Of a DNA stretch of 49,642 bases, positions 36,564 through 42,997 are shown one piece after another; within the stretch, counting starts at the first letter, position 1; each line of letters starts with the position of its first letter. The notes beneath the pieces are model-generated. The model saw nothing but the letters and a program-made list of their open reading frames with translations. It was not told the origin of the DNA and made no database searches. The stretch lies in assembly GCA_017860335.1 (NCBI GenBank), contig JAFNAU010000001.1:1-49642 (forward strand), given 5' to 3'. Position numbers and translations under genes: made by a program. The stretch is from Bacteroidota bacterium (lineage in GTDB: Bacteria > Bacteroidota > Bacteroidia > Bacteroidales > Paludibacteraceae).

Positions 36564-37508
36564 TTACAGCAGATATTGCTCACTGATTGATTTGTGAGCC
36601 TGTACACGGCGAATTGTTTCGGCAAACATATCGGCAATAGTCAGAATTTTAGCTTTTGAGCATTTGTTACAATCAAACGGTATCGAATCAGTAAACGCTA
36701 TCTCGGTAAGTGCAGAGTTCATGATTCTTTTGCTGGCTTCACCCGACATTACACCATGTGAAACGATTGCTCTGACACTTAAAGCTCCGTTTTCTAACAT
36801 CAGATCGGCCGCTTTGCAGAGTGTGCCGGCAGTATCCACCATGTCATCAATAATAATTACATTTTTGCCTGCAACTTCACCAATGATCCGCATTTCGCCG
36901 ACAACGTTTGCTTTTTCACGGGTTTTATGGCATAAAACCATCGGTACATCCAGATGTTTGGAGTATGAACCTGCACGTTTTGAACCGCCTACGTCCGGGG
37001 AGGCGATAACCAGATTTTCCAGTTGCAAAGACTTGATATAGGGTATAAAAATGGTGGAACCATACAGGTGATCAACAGGTAAGTTGAAGAAACCCTGTAT
37101 CTGATCAGCATGAAGATCCATGGTTATTACCCGATCAACACCGGCAATAGTAAGCATATCGGCAATTAGCTTTGCACCGATGGATACACGTGGTTTGTCT
37201 TTTCTGTCCTGTCGTGCCCATCCAAAGTAAGGAATTACTGCTATTACCTTGTAAGCCGAAGCACGCTTGGCCGCGTCTATCATCAGCAGAAGTTCCATCA
37301 GGTTATCTGAATTCGGAAAAGTGGACTGAACCAGGTAAATGTACTGTCCCCGGATAGATTCTTCGTAAGAAACCGAAAATTCTCCGTCGGAAAAGTGTTC
37401 GATATTCATCTTTCCAAGAGGCCAATTTAAACTTTTACAAATTTTCTCGGCCAAATAACGGCTATTAGTGCCTGTAAAAACTTTGAACAGGGATGAATCT
37501 TCTGACAT
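36564..37508 (-). CDS. prs: Ribose-phosphate pyrophosphokinase
   Basis: 314 aa: ...FSDGE..V...ES.RG..., ...IPYFGWARQDRK..., PRPP-binding loop ...VIIIDDMVDTAGT... Confidence 0.94.
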   Translation of the reverse strand: MSEDSSLFKVFTGTNSRYLAEKICKSLNWPLGKMNIEHFSDGEFSVSYEESIRGQYIYLVQSTFPNSDNLMELLLMIDAAKRASAYKVIAVIPYFGWARQDRKDKPRVSIGAKLIADMLTIAGVDRVITMDLHADQIQGFFNLPVDHLYGSTIFIPYIKSLQLENLVIASPDVGGSKRAGSYSKHLDVPMVLCHKTREKANVVGEMRIIGEVAGKNVIIIDDMVDTAGTLCKAADLMLENGALSVRAIVSHGVMSGEASKRIMNSALTEIAFTDSIPFDCNKCSKAKILTIADMFAETIRRVQAHKSISEQYLL

Positions 37509-37746
37509 AAATTAGATGATTTGAGGTTGGTGAAATTTTTTACAAAAGTACTCAATTTGACATAAAACTGGAAAAGTTTTACTCTGAATTTTCATGTTTT
37601 ATTGTTTTGATGTTATACCATGCTGAAAAATAGATAATTAAGAATTGTGAAAAATGAAATAGACAGATTCTAAGTTTTCGCAATCGTTTGAAATTAATTT
37701 GATATTGTTTTATTATAAAATAAATTTATGGATTTATTATATAAAG

Positions 37747-37754
37747 TATTTTTG
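37747..37754 (+). promoter_or_regulatory. Candidate -7 promoter box (malQ)
   Basis: TATTTTTG lies 123 nt upstream of the ATG at 37877, in a 368-bp AT-rich divergent region. Confidence 0.4.
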
Positions 37755-37876
37755 AATAAAATTTGTATCAGAGTTCAAATATCAACTAAGCTGAAGCCCG
37801 ATATACCTTACTCTGAATTAATTTAAATGTTTATCCAACTTTCAAAAAGCTAACTTTCAACAAAATAAGAATATCC

Positions 37877-40567
37877 ATGAGAATACACCTTAAAATTCCT
37901 TATTTCACAAAATGGGGACAGCGAATTCTGGTTAGTGGCGATATCCCCGAGCTGGGCGATGGCGATTACTCAAAAGCATTACCTCTGCGATTTCAGGGAC
38001 ATGAAGACTGGGTAAATGAATTGGAGTGTCGGGTGGGAGAGAGTCAGGTTATTCATTATAAATATCTGATTTATGATGAAAGCACGAACAGTTTTACCGA
38101 AGAATGGGGTGATGACCGGGTTATTAATCAGCTTACACCGAAAACAGAACATTATTTCTGTTTCGATACGTGGAATTCCGTAGGAAGTCATGAAAATGTT
38201 TTTATGACAAGTCCCTTTCAGGAAGTTCTTCTGAATGGAAATACCACGACCAGCCTAACCGTAAAAAGTAAGAAATTCACCCATATTTTTAAAGTGAAAG
38301 CTCCGTTGCTCCAGCACCGGCAAACATTATGCATTGTTGGCAGCTGCAGGGAACTGGGCGATTGGTCAGTGACTGAACCCTTGCTGATGTACAGGGACGG
38401 TGACAACTGGACGATTAAAATTGATCTGAGCAAACAAACGACTGATGTTAACTACAAATACGGAGTTTACGATGCCGATAAAAAACAATTTATGTTTTTT
38501 GAACAGGGTCCGGATCGTTATGCTGCTATAATCGGTTCAAAAAATACCATTGTACAGGTTCATGATGGCTTTGTGAGGATGAATAATGACACCTGGCGGG
38601 GAGCGGGAGTGAGTCTTCCTGTCTTCAGTATCCGTACACGGCGGAGCTTTGGCGTGGGTGATTTTGAAGACATGAAACTATTTGTCGACTGGGCTGCAAA
38701 GATCAATATGAAACTGATACAAGTGCTGCCTCTGAATGACACCAACGGAACTCATACCGATGCCGACGTGTTGCCTTACGCGGCTATTTCCGCCTTTGCT
38801 CTCAATCCCCTGTTTCTGAATCTGCCGGCGATGGGCAAATTACCCGAAAACAATGACATCGGGCAACAATACATACCCAAACAGGCTGAACTCAACACGT
38901 ATCCGCTGATTTCATTTCTCGAAGTGATTGATTTCAAAATGAAATACGCCAGAGAGATGTATCTTTATCAAAAGACCGAATTCCTGAACAACCCGGATTT
39001 CATTCAGTTTTTTGAAAAGAATTCCTATTGGCTGATTCCGTATGCGGCCTACTGTGTGTTGCGCGATAAGTTTGGCACCAACGATTATCGCAAATGGGAC
39101 GAGTTCGCGGTGTACGATGCCGGACAGATAAGCGCGTTCACAGACAACACCCAGCTTCATTTCGACGAAGTGGGTGTAAACTATTTTATTCAGTACCATC
39201 TGCATAAACAACTCTCGGAAGTTGCTCAATACGCTCATCAGCGGGGAGTGGTTTTGAAAGGCGATATCCCTATTGGAATAAACAAAAACAGTGTGGACAC
39301 CTGGGTGTCGCCGGAACTGTTTCACATGGATATGAATGCGGGTGCGCCACCCGATATGTTTGCCGTGAAGGGTCAGAACTGGGAGCTGCCTACCTATAAC
39401 TGGGAAGTGATGAAAAGAACCGGTTTCGGCTGGTGGAAAAAACGTTTTGAACAAATGTCGAACTACTTCGATACATTCCGTATTGACCATATACTTGGAT
39501 TTTTCCGTATCTGGGAAATTCCCACCAATCAGGTAGAAGGTATTATGGGACATCTCAATCCGTCCACACCCATTTACATCAATGAATTTGGCGAAAAGGG
39601 TATCTGGTTCGATTACAACCGTTTCTGTAAACCGTATATTACCGATCAGATATTGTGGGATTTCTTTGGAGAGGAAGCTGCCTGGGTGAAGACAAACTGT
39701 TTGCAGATTGAAGATGGCTGGGTGTTACGTTTAAAACCGGAGTTCCAGAGTCAGACTTATGTGGATGAACTATTCAATAAGGGTGAAATCTCGGAACGGG
39801 TGAAATGGGGACTTTTCGATCTGATATCGAATGTGCTGTTTTTTGAGGTGAAGGATGCCAACGGTCAGCAGTTTTATCCGCGATACGGCATGCACAGTCT
39901 GCGTTCATATATTGAACTCGATCAGCACACCAAAAAAGGGCTGGATGAACTTTATATTCATTATTTTTACCATCGTCAGGATGAAAATTGGTATCACTCC
40001 GGCATGGAAAAACTTCCGGCGCTCAAACGTTCTACCAATATGCTCATCTGCGGAGAAGACCTCGGTATGATGACGCCCTGCGTAACGGCAGTAATGAATG
40101 AACTTGGTATATTAAGTCTGGAAGTGCAGCGGGCGCCAAAAACCAATAAAATTGATTTCTTCCATCCTGCCAATGCTCCGTATTTGTCGGTGGTAACACC
40201 ATCCACGCACGACATGAGTACCATTCGAGGCTGGTGGGAGGAAGACCGTTCGGTAACACAAAAATTCTACAATACACAGCTCGGTCATTGGGGAGATGCT
40301 CCTTTCTTCTGCGAATGGTGGATAAGCCGCGATATCATCCTGCAACATCTTTATTCGCCCGCCATGTGGGCAATATTCCAGATGCAGGATCTCCTCGGTA
40401 TGTCTCCCAAACTGAGACTTGAGAATCCTCACGAAGAACGTATCAATGTACCCTCCAACTCGATGAGCAGCTGGCGTTACCGCCTGCATCTGAACATGGA
40501 AGATCTCATGCAGGAAGATGAATTCAATAATGAACTGAGAAATTTTATCGTTCAATCGGGAAGATAA
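37877..40567 (+). CDS. malQ: 4-alpha-glucanotransferase (GH77 amylomaltase) with N-terminal CBM20-like starch-binding modules
   Basis: 896 aa with two N-terminal beta-sandwich modules (...WGQRILVSGDIPELGDW.., ...LCIVGSCRELGDWSV...). The GH77 core is ...RGAGVSLPVFSIRT..SFGVGDF.D......W......QVLPLND..., ...FRIDHILGFFRIWEIP..., ...ICGEDLGMM..., ...TPSTHDMSTIRGWW... Confidence 0.92.
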   Translation: MRIHLKIPYFTKWGQRILVSGDIPELGDGDYSKALPLRFQGHEDWVNELECRVGESQVIHYKYLIYDESTNSFTEEWGDDRVINQLTPKTEHYFCFDTWNSVGSHENVFMTSPFQEVLLNGNTTTSLTVKSKKFTHIFKVKAPLLQHRQTLCIVGSCRELGDWSVTEPLLMYRDGDNWTIKIDLSKQTTDVNYKYGVYDADKKQFMFFEQGPDRYAAIIGSKNTIVQVHDGFVRMNNDTWRGAGVSLPVFSIRTRRSFGVGDFEDMKLFVDWAAKINMKLIQVLPLNDTNGTHTDADVLPYAAISAFALNPLFLNLPAMGKLPENNDIGQQYIPKQAELNTYPLISFLEVIDFKMKYAREMYLYQKTEFLNNPDFIQFFEKNSYWLIPYAAYCVLRDKFGTNDYRKWDEFAVYDAGQISAFTDNTQLHFDEVGVNYFIQYHLHKQLSEVAQYAHQRGVVLKGDIPIGINKNSVDTWVSPELFHMDMNAGAPPDMFAVKGQNWELPTYNWEVMKRTGFGWWKKRFEQMSNYFDTFRIDHILGFFRIWEIPTNQVEGIMGHLNPSTPIYINEFGEKGIWFDYNRFCKPYITDQILWDFFGEEAAWVKTNCLQIEDGWVLRLKPEFQSQTYVDELFNKGEISERVKWGLFDLISNVLFFEVKDANGQQFYPRYGMHSLRSYIELDQHTKKGLDELYIHYFYHRQDENWYHSGMEKLPALKRSTNMLICGEDLGMMTPCVTAVMNELGILSLEVQRAPKTNKIDFFHPANAPYLSVVTPSTHDMSTIRGWWEEDRSVTQKFYNTQLGHWGDAPFFCEWWISRDIILQHLYSPAMWAIFQMQDLLGMSPKLRLENPHEERINVPSNSMSSWRYRLHLNMEDLMQEDEFNNELRNFIVQSGR

Positions 40568-40585
40568 ATTCAACCTACTATAAAC

Positions 40586-40637
40586 AAAGTAATCCCCTTT
40601 ACGGCATTGAACGTGAAGGGGATTACTTTGTTTTATT
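40586..40637 (+). terminator. Rho-independent terminator after malQ
   Basis: Perfect 14-bp stem AAAGTAATCCCCTT / AAGGGGATTACTTT followed by GTTTTATT. Confidence 0.85.
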
Positions 40638-40946
40638 ATTGTCCGGTAAAAAGAGTTCTTATTTTGATCTCCAGCCGGACAGGCTTTTACTTTTTGCCTC
40701 AGTAGTTTTGTATTTTATTTGTTTCGGCGATTTCCGCTTCGCTCCAATTGGCTACAGCCCCAAAAAGTAAGAAAAGATGAGGTCTTCTGCCGCCTTAGAG
40801 AGAAAGAGAGGGTTATGAAATATCAAGCGCCTCAACACAAAACAACAAATAGATATTTAAATCTCAGCAATATAGAGTTAACTGAAAAAAATATTCCGGG
40901 CAACAATAATTCTTTATCAAATCTTTTATCGGACAACAATAATTAA
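40633..40946. repeat. MITE-like unit bounded by ~21-24-bp imperfect terminal inverted repeats
   Basis: Left arm TTATTATTGTCCGGTAAAAAG (40633-40653). Its reverse complement CTTTTTACCGGACAATAATAA matches the right arm CTTTTATCGGACAACAATAATTAA (40923-40946). A third partial copy, CCGGGCAACAATAATT, is at 40896-40911. There is no transposase. Confidence 0.35.
40703..40710 (+). promoter_or_regulatory. Orphan -7 promoter box inside the malQ/DUF3467 intergenic gap
   Basis: TAGTTTTG has no credible CDS downstream for ~590 nt. Confidence 0.35.
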
Positions 40947-40994
40947 AAGTTAAAACATTAATAATCAGTTAACTGAATTGTAATTTTCTGACAT

Positions 40995-41142
40995 GGGACA
41001 AGCGACTTCCAAGTCGCTTGATTTGATGATTGCAAGCAAGCGGTTGCGAAACCGCTTGTCCCGCGTATGGTATAAAAGTTTAGCGGGGTGAGGCTTTATC
41101 AAGTGAGGAACATGCTACTTCCTTGTGGCTTATATTTTTTTT
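40995..41142 (+). ncRNA. Candidate structured RNA / REP-like element with mutually exclusive hairpins
   Basis: GGGACAAGCG(40995-41004)...CGCTTGTCCC(41053-41062) forms a 10-bp long-range helix. It competes with hairpin 1, CAAGCGAC-TTCCAA-GTCGCTTG (40999-41020), and hairpin 2, CAAGCGGTT-GCGA-AACCGCTTG (41037-41058, GNRA loop). Further on are CCCGC...GCGGG (41060-41086) and a T8 run at 41135-41142. Strand and ends are not established. Confidence 0.3.
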
Positions 41143-41156
41143 AAGCGGTAAATAAA

Positions 41157-41164
41157 TATTTTTG
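41157..41164 (+). promoter_or_regulatory. -7 promoter box (DUF3467 gene)
   Basis: TATTTTTG lies 133 nt upstream of the ATG at 41297, implying a ~125-nt leader. Confidence 0.5.
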
Positions 41165-41296
41165 TATCTTTACCGTGTTATTGCTGAGCTTGCCGTTGTA
41201 CGAGGCGGCAGGGCGGAATGCCGATGAGAAAGAAACAACACAAACAGGACTTGCACACCACATGAACGCAAGAAAAAACATTAACAATATAAAATT

Positions 41297-41608
41297 ATGG
41301 ATAACAACGAAAACCAAAATCAGCTGAACATTGAACTGTCACCCGAAGTAGCCGAAGGAATCTATTCAAATCTGGCCATCATTTCACACTCCACCTCCGA
41401 ATTTGTGGTTGACTTCATCCGTATGATGCCGGGTACACCCAAAGCGAATGTAAAATCGCGTATCATTCTCACACCGGAACATGCCAAACGGTTGCTTTTC
41501 GCACTTCAGGACAACATCAACAAGTACGAACAACAAAACGGTAAAATCAAAGTGCCGGACAACAACATGATGCCTCCCATCCCGATGGGATTTGGCGGTG
41601 AAGCGTAA
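41297..41608 (+). CDS. DUF3467 family protein
   Basis: 103 aa: ...L.IEL.PEVAEG.YSNLAIISHS.SEFVVDFI...PG..KA.V.SRII..PEHAKRLL.AL..NI..YE...G. Confidence 0.75.
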   Translation: MDNNENQNQLNIELSPEVAEGIYSNLAIISHSTSEFVVDFIRMMPGTPKANVKSRIILTPEHAKRLLFALQDNINKYEQQNGKIKVPDNNMMPPIPMGFGGEA

Positions 41609-41620
41609 ACGTTTAACGTT

Positions 41621-42553
41621 TCACGTTTGACGGTTTTTGAGTTCGCTGTAGATATTCTCATAGAGCGGAACCGGGATGTTGTGCTTATGCGCCAGTCGAA
41701 CCACCATGCCTGTGAGTGTTTCGAGTTCGGTTCTGCCGCCCGATTTGAAATCGCTGTGCATGGACGCGGTACTTCCTGCCGGCAGTGCTTCCATTCTGTT
41801 TATAATTTCTTCAGTGGGATTGCCTTCAAAATTAATTCCCTCCGCGCGAGCTACCTTCAGAAATTCTTCGGCTACATCTGCCGTCAGATTTCTGCGTTCA
41901 TCGGGATCAGTGAGTTCATTGAAGCCTACATTCAGATATGAAGTGAGCGAAGCCGATACGGAAATAAAAAAGAACTTTTTCCACACACTCTGACGGATAT
42001 TGACCGAGTAATGCGCGTCTATCTCTGCTTCGTGCAGCAAGGTTTCGAAAGCCGAAAGTCTTTTGTCGCTACCGCCATCGTACCCGAACACCAGCCGGAG
42101 AAACGGACCCGACGTGCGTATCACTCCGGGTTCAGTCCGACGGCTGACAATGTACGAATATCCACTCCAAACGGTATTATCGGGAAGTATTTCGCGAATT
42201 CGTTCGGTGATATCGCCACCGTTGAGCAGGGGAAGAATAACGGTATTCCTGTCAATGCACGGACGTATCTGTTCGATGGACGATTTCAGGTCGTAACTTT
42301 TGGTGGTGATTACCATAAAATCCACCGGGCCTATTTCAGCGGCATCTGATGTGGCCAGTGTGGGTTTGGCAAAGAAATCCTCGTTTTCGTTGATAATGTG
42401 AATACCATGCTCTCGGATGGCCTGAAGATGCTGACCACGCGCAATAAAATATATTTCAATGTTAGAGGAAGTTTCATATCTTTTTGCCAGCTTTCCACCG
42501 TAGTATCCTCCTACTCCGCCCAGTCCAAGTATCGCTATTTTTACACTCTTCAT
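41621..42553 (-). CDS. panE: 2-dehydropantoate 2-reductase (ketopantoate reductase)
   Basis: I prefer the start at MKSVKIAILGLGGVGGYYGGKLA (Rossmann GxGxxG). The C-terminal ApbA_C-like segment is ...STASMHSDF..GGRTELE.L.G.VV. Confidence 0.85.
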   Translation of the reverse strand: MKSVKIAILGLGGVGGYYGGKLAKRYETSSNIEIYFIARGQHLQAIREHGIHIINENEDFFAKPTLATSDAAEIGPVDFMVITTKSYDLKSSIEQIRPCIDRNTVILPLLNGGDITERIREILPDNTVWSGYSYIVSRRTEPGVIRTSGPFLRLVFGYDGGSDKRLSAFETLLHEAEIDAHYSVNIRQSVWKKFFFISVSASLTSYLNVGFNELTDPDERRNLTADVAEEFLKVARAEGINFEGNPTEEIINRMEALPAGSTASMHSDFKSGGRTELETLTGMVVRLAHKHNIPVPLYENIYSELKNRQT

Positions 42554-42691
42554 ACTTCTAATTTTATATTGTTCAAACAAGCTTGTTATTAAAAAGTTTT
42601 TTGTTCTGCTGTAATGCATGCTCCGAATCAGCAATATTATAAGATATCATGACGACTTTATAAAATAAAATGTCAGATCTCTATCCCCTAA

Positions 42692-42716
42692 CCCCTTTCT
42701 CCTTTGGAGAAAGGGG
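42692..42716. repeat. GC-rich REP-like hairpin A
   Basis: Perfect 11-bp stem CCCCTTTCTCC-TTT-GGAGAAAGGGG in an AT-rich spacer. Confidence 0.7.
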
Positions 42717-42762
42717 AAAACAGCATCTGTATCAACAGATTTTGTTCTGAAGTTTTGCAATG

Positions 42763-42793
42763 CTAAGTCCCTCAACTTCGGAGAGGGACTTAG
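42763..42793. repeat. GC-rich REP-like hairpin B
   Basis: Perfect 11-bp stem CTAAGTCCCTC - 9 nt - GAGGGACTTAG, followed by GGGAGAGG. Confidence 0.7.
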
Positions 42794-42957
42794 GGAGAGG
42801 TCTGAATTGAAAAGCCTTTATCCCAATTAACAGATTTTGCTCTTACGGTTTGCACAGTATTTCACGGACACAACAAACTTTCTTTTCAAATATCCGGTTT
42901 TTCGAATTTTAGTGTGCGAAATTACAACAATTGGCAAGAAATTCAAGATAAATTTAT

Positions 42958-42993
42958 AAAAAAAGCAACCGTTTCCTTTCCGGTTGCTTTCTG
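42958..42993 (-). terminator. Terminator after the outer-membrane barrel gene
   Basis: The minus strand reads AAAGCAACCG-GAAAGGAAA-CGGTTGCTTT followed by T8. Confidence 0.85.
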
Positions 42994-42997
42994 TTTA

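Noticed and set aside
40719-40946. 75-aa ORF (TTG start) in the malQ-DUF3467 gap
   Set aside because: It has a non-ATG start, basic/Asn-rich low-complexity sequence and no recognisable fold or signal, and its 3' end is made of the inverted-repeat arm. I keep it only as part of the orphan-transcription-unit finding, not as a CDS.
40568-41296. Housekeeping ncRNA (RNase P RNA, tmRNA, SRP/4.5S, 6S) hidden in the long gap
   Set aside because: None of the signatures I can recognise by eye are present: the GAGGAAAGTCCGGGC P4 strand, the GGGG...tRNA-like ends with a tag ORF, the GGAAGCAGCC SRP domain IV, or one long bulged hairpin. A covariance-model scan is still needed.
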